From NCBI GenBank assembly GCA_965644495.1, contig CBFFSA010000002.1, positions 1,240,001 through 1,304,000 on the forward strand: 64,000 bases of DNA, in the 5' to 3' direction. Shown piece by piece: positions 23,109 to 34,224 of this stretch. The notes beneath the pieces were generated by a model. It saw nothing but the letters and a program-made list of their open reading frames with translations, ran no database searches and was not told the DNA's origin. Numbering within the stretch: the stretch's first letter is position 1; every line of letters begins with the position of its first letter. The stretch comes from Perkinsela sp. CCAP 1560/9 (lineage: Eukaryota > Protista > Euglenozoa: Kinetoplastea). The translations under genes and the position numbers were made by a program.

Positions 23109-23714
23109 CTATATCTTTCTTAGCGTCAATTTCTTAACCTTCGATTTACTAGCTACTAATTTGGGCGGGGGCTTTAGGCCTTGCCATGCAAGTGGAATGC
23201 CTTCCTGTAGGTGCAATGGAAGCTTGCCCTTCACTGTTCCCGTTAGTTCGGGATTGTTCGTGAGGTTAAAGGCTCCAAAATCGCGCTCTTGCAGTATAGC
23301 GAGATCCACGTGACCACTAAAACAACAGTTTGATAGGTCCAACACCGTGAGAAATGGGGGGAAATTCTCAAAACAAAGTGCTCCCGAGAACAAATTGTTG
23401 CCGATCAACATTTTCGTGAGGGCTTCGGGGAGAACAGAAAAATCTACCTCCCCGCGCAGCTTATTTCTTTGCAAACCTAAATTTCTCAAGGTAGAAGGCA
23501 GATGTTTCCACTCTACTGTACCTTGAAGTTTTAGTTCAGTCCAAATAAGGGCATGAACTTCATTCTCGATATAGCAATACGCACCCATCCACTTACATGC
23601 AGGCGTGTCTGTTGTCCATGAGGGGTGGGGGTTTTCTATACCACGGATGAAATTCGCCAGCAGATATTCGTTTGGAAGAAAGGTACCACGTACCTTGGCG
23701 GGGCGTGACTCCAT
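23109..23714 (-). CDS. Short LRR protein (copy 2)
   Basis: Identical translation to copy 1. Confidence 0.85.
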   Translation of the reverse strand: MESRPAKVRGTFLPNEYLLANFIRGIENPHPSWTTDTPACKWMGAYCYIENEVHALIWTELKLQGTVEWKHLPSTLRNLGLQRNKLRGEVDFSVLPEALTKMLIGNNLFSGALCFENFPPFLTVLDLSNCCFSGHVDLAILQERDFGAFNLTNNPELTGTVKGKLPLHLQEGIPLAWQGLKPPPKLVASKSKVKKLTLRKI

Positions 23715-23924
23715 GGTATATTGAAGGAATAATACTAGAAAGTGACTAGATACAAGAAACTGTACAGTTCACTTTTTAGACTCAATGCTGATCGCTATTT
23801 AATCATGGGCTTAATACAGTTAAAGACGTAAACGCCAGGAGGCAGAAAATTTGATAATACAATTGTGACTCCCAGCATACATGTATAGTGGCGCGGGTTT
23901 GGGAGAAACGGTACCACATACATA

Positions 23925-24663
23925 CAGGGGTGGGCACCTTCAGAGTGGGGGGGTCTAAAATTCGTAAAACTTGTTCAATTTTGGAAAGTAATAGCGCATT
24001 CGAGAGCTCTCAAATAGTCTGGTGTAATCGTAAAAAGCACTCTGCGAAAGTTTACGGGAATCAAAGAAAGCTAGAATGGTCCCAAACACGAATTGCAACT
24101 TTATTTTTTAAGCGAAAAAGTCCTTTTTTTCCAAAAAAAATCTCAGTACCCACAATTTCCCCCTTTTTTCTCAATAACTATTTGAAAGCGCTTGGAGACA
24201 CTCTTTATGGTCTTCACGCAAGTACTTTTGAGATCGGTTTGAGGTGCCTCGTATGCACTCTCGATAGAAGAGAGGAGATCTGCGCGATTGCGTGGTCGCA
24301 TGCGATCCTTGTGCTGATCCATGATATTCCACAAGTTTTCGATGGGGTTGAGATCCGGTGACTTTGCGGGCCAGGGGAGCGTTCGCACGTTTTGCTGCTG
24401 AAAAGTACGCCTTGCCAAGTTGTGCGCAGGGCAATTGTCCATAGCAACAACTGCACGGTGCCTGTGTAGGTAGTTCAAAAGACCATTACGCTTGGTCATG
24501 GCAGCTTCGAAAACAGCCGCGTTCACAGTAACTCTATTTCCCTGCTCATCTCTATTAGGAAAAATGTGCAGATGAAATCCATGCTTTATGCTTACCCCCA
24601 TCCACACCATTATACCATCGCCCCCTACCCACGCTTCCAGCTCACCTAGCTGCTCTTTTACAG
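23925..24663 (-). mobile_element. Tc1 family B, 3' half (unit 2)
   Basis: Copy of 15341-16079. Confidence 0.92.
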
Positions 24664-25310
24664 AAATCCACGCCGCGGGGCATAATAAATAACATGTATC
24701 GAATAGTAAACAAAGAAACAACTAAAATGTATCTGATTGCTCACAAGCCCTATTTCCCAATCTCAAAACATAACATCAACATTAAACTGTAAATAATATG
24801 TTCTCACGACAATTTTAGGCCTGCAAACATATATGTCACTGTCACTCTGTTAACGGGGTTCCCCCCACCGGAACCCTCGACCAAATGGCTGGGGGCTCGG
24901 TGGGCGGGCACAAAAACTTTTGAAACGTAAGTAGAAAAAATAGCCTACCAAGAATATAAAGAATGAATAATGAAATTACAACACTATTTGAAACAAATCA
25001 TAATTTGAAGAAATTATGTGCCCCGAAGGGCCAAGCAGGCATAAACAACTCCCTGCCCCGCGGCTAAATTTCCAAACGTGGACTATTAGAAATCCACGCC
25101 GCGGGGCATAATAAATAACATGTATCGAATAGTAAACAAAGAAACAACTAAAATGTATCTGATTGCTCACAAGCCCTATTTCCCAATCTCAAAACATAAC
25201 ATCAACATTAAACTGTAAATAATATGTTCTCACGACAATTTTAGGCCTGCAAACATATATGTCACTGTCACTCTGTTAACGGGGTTCCCCCCACCGGAAC
25301 CCTCGACCAA
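24662..25310 (-). repeat. Split direct repeats B1-A2-B2 (copy 2)
   Basis: Direct repeats at 24662-24884 and 25088-25310. Confidence 0.9.
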
Positions 25311-25891
25311 CCTGCCCGCACACACGTCACACAAAATAAAACCTGTATAAAAATGCCCGGACACATAGTAAATCATATATAGAAAAGAAATCATAATCAA
25401 ACCTCACTTACAGAACTCGTACAAGGATAACGATAGCAATAGATGACCAGTCCACTGCCACGCCCTTTACAAGCTCACACGAGCTACACAGGTTACGCTT
25501 TCAACCTCTGCCCATGCACCAACTTGGGACCTAGAAGTGTGGAGCAACTAGGCGTGGTGTACGGCCGTGTCAACAGTGACGCGGTTAAAAAACATTAAGG
25601 CGTTAATCGTAGAATAAAGGAAACCTTTACTCATATTTACCTCACATTGGGGAACCTTGCTGCCGAAAAGGAAACAAGGCGTGAGAATAAAGCCTGTTAA
25701 CGGATTAACATCCATAACCTTCCAAAATTATAGGGACAACCTCCATACCCCAGGACCCCGTCCGCTCTTTTTTTTTTTTTTTTTTTTTTTTGTCTTTTTT
25801 TTTTTTCTTTTTTTCTTGTCTTTGTTTTTTTTCTTTTTTTCTTGTCTTTTTTTTCTTGTCTTTTTTTTTTTGTATTTGGTGTTCCTGTCCC

Positions 25892-28800
25892 CTAGGGTTT
25901 TCCTTCAATATGACTGTCTAGCTTACCAATATGATGATGCTGATTATCGCTGTATTTGTCGATGTTGCCTTTATATTTCTCAACCTTCTCTCTCTCAATC
26001 TCCTTCCCGCGACTGACAGCATCCGCCGGGTTCTCATCCGTGGATATATACGCTGCCTTCACACAAATACCTTTGTCCTCTGTCAGTCGCAGGACTTCGC
26101 GCAATTCCATTGAAACCCCCTCTGACTTGGAGATCCTCCTGTTCAGTGCAGCCTGACAGGAGGTGTTATCAACAAAAACATCCAAGCAGGTTCCACGGGG
26201 CAATGCGCGGAAAACTTCTCGAGGGCTAGGCGGACTGCTGCAGCTTCCGCACGATTCACCTCATACGAGGAGGACTCAGGCCACGCCTCTCCCGTAATCA
26301 AAACCTCTCCGCTGTCTAAATACATAATCGCTCCCCACCCTTTCACCGAGGCATCGGTGTAGAGACGATGCTTGTGTGGAACAACATCGGGATGGGGAGG
26401 TGGAGACCGTGGAACATTCTCCAACAACTCGTTTCTCCACTCTGCTAGCATGGAGCGAGTGACGACAGGGAGTGCGACCGGACGGTCACATAACTTCGGG
26501 CAACGGTTCAACAAGTTGATACGCCGTTGCGCCACCTTCAAAGCGAAATAAAATCGCGGCATATTGAGTCGGAGAACTGCGGAGCCATAAATGAGGCGCC
26601 CCACCACCGCCTCTAGGTCAACAAAGGAAATGTTGAAGAAAGAGTCGGCTCGCAGTTTCCTGATCACTCGCGGCCCCAGGCAGACCGTATGCGCGTTATG
26701 GTCGAACGCCACCCCATTGGACACGTACTGTGCTACAGGGGGCTGACCCCGATCTTTGAAAAGACCGTTCGCTTTGTCGCAACGCTCGTCAATGAACTGA
26801 GCGTACGTGGTGGCCTCGGAGTCGGTTCCTGCAAACCGAACTCCGTCAACATAAACGTCGATAGCGCCTCGGTGAAACGAGTAGCGCTGAGAACAAATCG
26901 ACGCCTCGCCAGCAATCGCGGCGGTAACCGTGTGCATAACCTCCGGTGCACACCTATGGCCCATCGGGAGGACGTTCATCTCATACACGTCTCCACTGGT
27001 CGTTCTAAGGCGGAATTTGGGCCGCGCCCTCTTCGGGATACCAATCTGGTAAAACCCGCATGTGAAGTCCCGCTTCACAGCCATCGGCTCGTGCGCCTTA
27101 TGAAGATACTTGGAGGGATGATATAATGGGACCTTTGGTTCATATGATTTTAATCTATCGTTATCGTCCCTTGTCCATGAAATAAATCTTCTGCGCTGAT
27201 TGCCCTCATCATCGGTCTCCACAACCGTGAAGGGAATCATGAACTGCATCGATGGGCGCTTTCTCAACTCCTGCGCCGGGACCTTAGAGATTATGCCTGC
27301 GTCCTCCAACAATCGGACGTCCGCCTCAGGCAATGAACCTTTCACACTAGGTTCGGGGTACGGGGCTTTAGGTACCCATAATAATTCATCCACTACCTTG
27401 CGAAAACGAGTGGCAGCTGACATACTCATCCACTCCTTAACCTGATCCAAATGGATAACAGGTATCGACTTCTTAACGTGCAAAGGTAGGTGAGCGTCGT
27501 GTGCCTTGGCTAGCCGTGAAGAGCGGCGTGCACAAACAACGGAGTGCCTGTGAAGGTAAGGCACTTCCTCGAAGCACTTTGCCACGTGCTCCGAGGTTAC
27601 AGCACTGGGAGACGTGCTGAGACTCTCTGCGTCCCGAGAGCCCTTGCCGTTGTAATACTGCTTGCGTTGTAGCGCAACAGTGATTCGACGTTGAGGTGTT
27701 TCGTGAGGTTCTGGACGTCCTCCATCCTGAGATTCCCGAGGGAGATCTCGTGGAATAGGTAAGTAATCGCACCTCTTTTTATGGAATGTGTTCCATACCC
27801 GGGACCGAGAAGTTGATTCATCCTGTGGTCCATCTCCCGGACCGTCGTGTAACACAGGCGTTGGCCTGGTCTCAAACTTCCCACAAACTGAGCCAGTTCG
27901 GGTGTTCCGGGGCCAGTCACTATCGCGTAGAGGTACGGCCGGTAAGGATTCAGACGAGTCGTCTTTGTCCCCCTGCCCCAATAAATGATTACCTCGTGAC
28001 TGGCCACACTCACGAACTGCTCCCGCCTCAGGTCGGCGGTCTCGGTCCATCTCGCAGCGGCTTTCCAACACAGGAGGCAACACATGCTCTCCTTTACGTC
28101 GAGATGACGTCTCAGCTTCTTTAGAAGAAGTGGCGTGATTGGAAGCATCTGCCGCGTGGGTTCTAGCCCCCCCTGCGCTTGCAGGGCCTTTACGTAGAGA
28201 CTCAATGGGGTGCCTTCGATTCCCATGAGCTCGAATAGAGTCCTCAATGCCCCTGCGTACCCCATGCGCGTTGAGGTAGCGAGAGGCAGAGTCTCGAGGA
28301 AGAGCACCGCGTTTGCAGGATTCGCGGTGATTCCCTTCGCCTGGCAGTACTCGCGCAGGCGGAACCATAATCGCTCCCTTGTGGCCCACGTGGCCGTCGC
28401 CCACATGGGCTGGAGCGCCTCGCTCATCTGAGTGGCGCGGGGATCTTCGGGGTGCATCTGGAGAATGGCCCCCAGTAATTCTTGGCGGCGCTTCCCGGGC
28501 GGCCGTAGAGTGGCGGCGGCGGTTGCGGCGGCGGCGGTTGCGGCGGTTGCGGCGGGAACGGAGAGCCGGGGTAGAGGGCGAGCCGGGAGGGAGAGACTGC
28601 GACGACGGAGACGTATCGGGGAGAACTGACGCGGAGGAGGAGTATTGCCACGCATGCGTGGCCGTCTTTCTCGTCGGCGGAGGAGCGGGGAGGGAATGGG
28701 GGTAGTAAATTCCACCCGTCGTCGCCTGGGACGACGGGCACGAGCAATAATTGGGGTGGGGAGCATTTCCTAGTGGAAAGCCCGCGATGCGCCGTAACGG

Positions 28801-28932
28801 TTGGCGCCGCCCACCACCCCGCCTCGAAAATCCTGTTGCGGGGCGCGTGTGGTACGGAACTGCCCCCCCTGTTGTTGAGATGTTTGCGGGCAATTCGATC
28901 GGAGGTGGCCTGGCTGATGACAGCCAAAACAA
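25892..28932 (-). CDS. RT/RNase H, copy 2 (same frameshift)
   Basis: As copy 1. Confidence 0.88.
27597..28766 (-). CDS. Tyrosine recombinase, copy 2
   Basis: Identical translation to copy 1. Confidence 0.9.
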   Translation of the reverse strand: MLPTPIIARARRPRRRRVEFTTPIPSPLLRRRERRPRMRGNTPPPRQFSPIRLRRRSLSLPARPLPRLSVPAATAATAAAATAAATLRPPGKRRQELLGAILQMHPEDPRATQMSEALQPMWATATWATRERLWFRLREYCQAKGITANPANAVLFLETLPLATSTRMGYAGALRTLFELMGIEGTPLSLYVKALQAQGGLEPTRQMLPITPLLLKKLRRHLDVKESMCCLLCWKAAARWTETADLRREQFVSVASHEVIIYWGRGTKTTRLNPYRPYLYAIVTGPGTPELAQFVGSLRPGQRLCYTTVREMDHRMNQLLGPGYGTHSIKRGAITYLFHEISLGNLRMEDVQNLTKHLNVESLLRYNASSITTARALGTQRVSARLPVL

Positions 28933-29342
28933 AACGGTCCCTGGCTGCGTCGTCGAGGGGCACGCTGCGCAGTCCGGCCCCTCAGTTGCTCGTCGACCAC
29001 AAGCTGACCGTAGCGGTCCTGAGGGTCGTCGTCACGGTGCAACCGCTGTTGCACACGTTCGACTGCAACACCCGCCGCAGCCCAATAATGGTTGCGAAGC
29101 TCTTCGATGATGAGAAGGGCTACGGCGAGGTTGTGCTTCTCTAGCCAACCCTCTGTGTTGCGCGCAGCGTAAACCCATTCAGTCAACATTTTAAACAGGC
29201 GCTCACGCTGCGGCGGAGGGTTGAAGCGTACCCCAAGCTGCGGAGCTTCGCGCAGCTCACGGATGAGTTCACGTGGCTTGAACAAATCATCCGTGTCGAT
29301 CCACGGTTGCCAAGTAACCGGATCGTAGGGGGAGAAGCCTTT
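28770..29342 (-). CDS. Gag-like protein, truncated, copy 2
   Basis: As copy 1. Confidence 0.8.
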   Translation of the reverse strand, partial: KGFSPYDPVTWQPWIDTDDLFKPRELIRELREAPQLGVRFNPPPQRERLFKMLTEWVYAARNTEGWLEKHNLAVALLIIEELRNHYWAAAGVAVERVQQRLHRDDDPQDRYGQLVVDEQLRGRTAQRAPRRRSQGPFCFGCHQPGHLRSNCPQTSQQQGGQFRTTRAPQQDFRGGVVGGANRYGASRAFH

Positions 29343-30487
29343 TCATATGCCCTTTAATGCATATGCCCTTTGAAAAATTTATGGTTCGAAATCCAGCGAA
29401 GAGAAGTGTTAGAGTACGCAGCGGCGATAATTCCCCCCCCCCCACTTGGGGGTGACCCCCCCCTGGTACGCGCAGGAGGGCCCCGAAAAGTTCGAAATTC
29501 CAAAAGAAATCCAAAAGAAAAGTAAAAACATTATTTTTCCAAAATCGACTCCTAAAACATACAGGGGTGCGAACCTAAAGGTGGGGGGGTCTAAAATTCG
29601 TAAAAGTTGTCCAATTTTGGAAAATAATAGGAGTTTGGGCTACCATTCTACGACGGTTTTTTCGTGAGGTGCGCCTCCTACCCCTACTGGTAAGGCATCA
29701 AAAGCAGCACAGATTTGGGTCAAAATTTCGCTTTTTTGGCCCACAAATCGGGCATTTTCAAACAAAAAATTGTATTATTCGTGATCTTTTTGGCAATTTT
29801 TCTTTTTTAGTCGCTTCATTAAACGCGGAGGTAGTTTTCAACTCGAAGCACGCAGCATGAGTGAATTCTACGTTGAAAACAACCACCGCGGTTTTTTATC
29901 ACATAATACCGGAGGGGTATATAACTACCAAAACGAAAAAAGCTTTTCACACGAAAAAAGCGCGCCGCTTCGCGGCGCGGGGTAGGTTCCAAAAATAAAG
30001 TACGCCTCAAAAGGACGAAACCCTTGCGATCGGCAGAATATGGCAGAATAGTGCCGCATTGGCGGTGACCACCCCTCATAGTACTTGGTAAATAGCAGAT
30101 AACTTTTCTAGTTAAATAAAATCGAATTTTTACAATTTTTGAAGTTCATCAAGACTGCTATTAACTAAGGGATTTTCTAGGCGAAAGAAATTTACCCAGA
30201 CATAACTTTCATATTGTTATAAGGTGGAATTCAAGGAAGATTGCACACTTCTTGAAAAAAAAAGTAATATCTGTTTTTTCTGAACAAAAATTGTACAGAA
30301 AAGCATCTTATGAAGTGATAAACTTATTGCTATTCACTAAGAACATTTTTTTCTCGCTTTTCTTGTACTATTTCAATGGTCTGCTCTGGATGCCCCGACA
30401 CGAGATGAGCAGAGCAGTTGGCTTTAACGGACGTGGGTGCTTGGAATGATACAAGTGCTCTTGTGTGATTAAAATGGCATACAAAAT

Positions 30488-30786
30488 TTGGCGGACACGA
30501 CCCGAGATGCGAAACTAAAACAAATGTTTGTGAATTCCGTACCCGGAGGAGAGCGGAAACGTTGGTACCACTCGTTGAAGAAATGGCTCGTGGACCCCGT
30601 TGTCGCATCTCGACCGATGGAGCACGCCACAACCAGACAGGTTTCTCAGGCAAGTACCGCTGGATCCAAGTAGTCCATCGGAATGAATGGGTAACACCAG
30701 AAGGTGTGCACACAAATACCGTTGAAGGAGGCAATTTGATGCCCAAAAAGTACGGAGAAAAGGGAAAAGTGTGCAATCTTCCTTGA
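30488..30786 (+). pseudogene. Merlin/IS1595-family transposase fragment (frameshifted)
   Basis: Same as 13252-13550. Confidence 0.8.
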
Positions 30787-30799
30787 ATGTAACCTCTTA

Positions 30800-31723
30800 A
30801 ACCCCCCACAGCGAAAAGTCACCCCCTCTAACTTTTCAGCCAAGTGTCCGTTTGAGCTCATTTTTGTTGCACTTTGCTGTTCCCAACACAAAGACTTTGC
30901 GCGTTATAGCATGGAACCAAGGCTCTCAAATGCGTGCATCCGATAGATGGATTATCACTTTCTTCACATTTTTCAAGAGACCAATTTCTCACACTTTAAC
31001 AAAATAAATATTCTCCTCCCATGGGAAATTCAATTATTTTTGTCCGTTTTTGCTGATTTTTGTTGCAATCGAGAGATCTCGTTCTCCTAGCAAAGATCTT
31101 TGCCGCTATTTTTTAATATTGACCCACTTGTGCCCCCTGGCCGCGGAGCGTTTGTTTTCTTAAATTAGTGTGGTATGACGATGCAAAAAAATAGAACCTA
31201 AAAACAATATTCTTTTTCAGTTTCTAAAATGATCTAAAAATGGTGGCAACGTGTAGATCTCAGAATTTTGAACGAGAAAATGATATCTTAACCCCCTTAG
31301 GCCCCTTCAAGCAAAAAGTAAAGGGGACAGCTTAAAAAAGTTGATTTATCACCGTTTCAAGAAAGACCCAATCAAAGCGAAATATTCCACCACGTGACAA
31401 ATTCAATGTTTGTTTTCTGTTTTTAATCATTTTTGTTGCAATCGAGAGATCTCGTTCCCCTAGCGAAGATCTGTGACACCATTTTCATGTTGACCCACTT
31501 CTCCCCCCCTGGTCGAGGAACATGAGATTTTTCGGGTAATATTGGCATGACTATCTAAAAACGTCATTAAAAAAATGAGTTTTAATTTGTTATCTGTGAA
31601 GAGGTCTAAAAACAGCGGGCACGTGCAGATCTCAAAATTTTGAACGAAAAAGTGGTGCCGCAACCCCCCTAAGCCTCGTTGTACAAAAAAAAGAGGGGGG
31701 TGACTTATTCGCTGCGGGGGGTT
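30800..31723. mobile_element. Non-autonomous Tc1-A-related element, unit 3 copy
   Basis: Copy of 13564-14484 with a 3-bp indel. Confidence 0.8.
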
Positions 31724-31763
31724 TATAACAACATTTTCTCAAAACAAAGTACATAGAGTCATG

Positions 31764-32369
31764 CTATATCTTTCTTAGCGTCAATTTCTTAACCTTCGAT
31801 TTACTAGCTACTAATTTGGGCGGGGGCTTTAGGCCTTGCCATGCAAGTGGAATGCCTTCCTGTAGGTGCAATGGAAGCTTGCCCTTCACTGTTCCCGTTA
31901 GTTCGGGATTGTTCGTGAGGTTAAAGGCTCCAAAATCGCGCTCTTGCAGTATAGCGAGATCCACGTGACCACTAAAACAACAGTTTGATAGGTCCAACAC
32001 CGTGAGAAATGGGGGGAAATTCTCAAAACAAAGTGCTCCCGAGAACAAATTGTTGCCGATCAACATTTTCGTGAGGGCTTCGGGGAGAACAGAAAAATCT
32101 ACCTCCCCGCGCAGCTTATTTCTTTGCAAACCTAAATTTCTCAAGGTAGAAGGCAGATGTTTCCACTCTACTGTACCTTGAAGTTTTAGTTCAGTCCAAA
32201 TAAGGGCATGAACTTCATTCTCGATATAGCAATACGCACCCATCCACTTACATGCAGGCGTGTCTGTTGTCCATGAGGGGTGGGGGTTTTCTATACCACG
32301 GATGAAATTCGCCAGCAGATATTCGTTTGGAAGAAAGGTACCACGTACCTTGGCGGGGCGTGACTCCAT
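31764..32369 (-). CDS. Short LRR protein (copy 3)
   Basis: Identical translation to copy 1. Confidence 0.85.
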   Translation of the reverse strand: MESRPAKVRGTFLPNEYLLANFIRGIENPHPSWTTDTPACKWMGAYCYIENEVHALIWTELKLQGTVEWKHLPSTLRNLGLQRNKLRGEVDFSVLPEALTKMLIGNNLFSGALCFENFPPFLTVLDLSNCCFSGHVDLAILQERDFGAFNLTNNPELTGTVKGKLPLHLQEGIPLAWQGLKPPPKLVASKSKVKKLTLRKI

Positions 32370-32579
32370 GGTATATTGAAGGAATAATACTAGAAAGTGA
32401 CTAGATACAAGAAACTGTACAGTTCACTTTTTAGACTCAATGCTGATCGCTATTTAATCATGGGCTTAATACAGTTAAAGACGTAAACGCCAGGAGGCAG
32501 AAAATTTGATAATACAATTGTGACTCCCAGCATACATGTATAGTGGCGCGGGTTTGGGAGAAACGGTACCACATACATA

Positions 32580-34137
32580 CAGGGGTGGGCACCTTCAGAG
32601 TGGGGGGGTCTAAAATTCGTAAAACTTGTTCAATTTTGGAAAGTAATAGCGCATTCGAGAGCTCTCAAATAGTCTGGTGTAATCGTAAAAAGCACTCTGC
32701 GAAAGTTTACGGGAATCAAAGAAAGCTAGAATGGTCCCAAACACGAATTGCAACTTTATTTTTTAAGCGAAAAAGTCCTTTTTTTCCAAAAAAAATCTCA
32801 GTACCCACAATTTCCCCCTTTTTTCTCAATAACTATTTGAAAGCGCTTGGAGACACTCTTTATGGTCTTCACGCAAGTACTTTTGAGATCGGTTTGAGGT
32901 GCCTCGTATGCACTCTCGATAGAAGAGAGGAGATCTGCGCGATTGCGTGGTCGCATGCGATCCTTGTGCTGATCCATGATATTCCACAAGTTTTCGATGG
33001 GGTTGAGATCCGGTGACTTTGCGGGCCAGGGGAGCGTTCGCACGTTTTGCTGCTGAAAAGTACGCCTTGCCAAGTTGTGCGCAGGGCAATTGTCCATAGA
33101 AACAACTGCACGGTGCCTGTGTAGGTAGTTCAAAAGACCATTACGCTTGGTCATGGCAGCTTCGAAAACAGCCGCGTTCACAGTAACTCTATTTCCCTGC
33201 TCATCTCTATTAGGAAAAATGTGCAGATGAAATCCATGCTTTATGCTTACCCCCATCCACACCATTATACCATCGCCCCCTACCCACGCTTCCAGCTCAC
33301 CTAGCTGCTCTTTTACAGGGGCGGACCGTCGGCAAAGGTAGGTGTTTTTGGTAGACTTCTTGCAGGTAAACTTTTTCTCATCACACCAAATAATATTATC
33401 AAGCTGGTGTTCGCTCCAGCCCGACATGTCCTTACAGAATCGGACTCTAACGTCTTTATGCTGTTGGGTTAGTCGTGGTTTACGCTGAACTACGCGGAGG
33501 ATAATATCGGGCTTCAAAGCTCGAGCCAAAGTGCGTCTGGAACACTGAAACCCTTTGGATAGAAGTTCGCGATGTAGAGCGCACCATGATTCCACACCAT
33601 AAGGAAGATCCCGTGTACCCTCATCTACTATGCGGAGTGCTTCTCCGATAAACATTGATGTCCTAACTGTAAAATTCAGACGTCTGGGAATGCTTTCGAC
33701 ATCACCAGTTTCGCTGTAACGAATGACCTATCGCTTCACAGTGCTCTCCGCTACTTCAAAGTGGCGTGCTGTAGCATTGTAGGACCCAGAACGAAAGTAA
33801 TGGTCTACGAGAAGCATGCGATGCGACGGCCTTACCTTCCCAGGTGGTGAATAAGCATCTCTCTGGAAGGGAAACCGTGATGTTCGCGATCGTACACGTT
33901 TCTGAGGCATTAACGGCGCAAAAAAACTAAAAAAAGCCAAAAAAACTGAAAAATTGCATCTTCGGGGAAAAATAAATTCTTTGTTTTTCTGTCATTTATC
34001 TCGAATGTCTAAAAACGGGAAACGGATGTTGCCATTACACCAGACTATTTGAGAGCTCTCGAATGCGCTATTACTTTCCAAAATTGGTCAAGTTTTACGA
34101 ATTTTAGACCCCCCCACTCTGAAGTCGCCCACCCCTG
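32580..34137 (-). mobile_element. Tc1 family B, full length
   Basis: ~100-bp TIRs caggggtgggc...ctctcaaatagtctggtgtaat, TA on both sides. Confidence 0.95.
32798..33910 (-). pseudogene. Tc1-type transposase with one in-frame TAG (33728-33730)
   Basis: HTH (YNATARHFEVAESTVKR), WCDEKKF, MDNCPAH...PDLNPIEN; 32 residues between D2 and E. Confidence 0.9.
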
Positions 34138-34224
34138 TATGTATGTGGGGGGTCGAATGTGCAAGAAAAAATATTTAAGAAAACTTATCCACTAAAGAAA
34201 GCAAACTAATTTGGTTTGCTCGTA

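Larger units (their letters stand above)
24662..29343 (-). mobile_element. Tyrosine-recombinase retrotransposon, copy 2
   Basis: Near-identical copy with the same two junctions. Confidence 0.92.
20706..29358. repeat. Tandem amplification unit 2 (8653 bp)
   Basis: Same as unit 1; the extra length lies in the T-rich tract at ~25767-25872. Confidence 0.97.
29359..33318. repeat. Partial unit 3, lacking the retrotransposon
   Basis: Identity ends at cttttacag (33318), after which the uninterrupted Tc1-B transposase continues. Confidence 0.97.
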
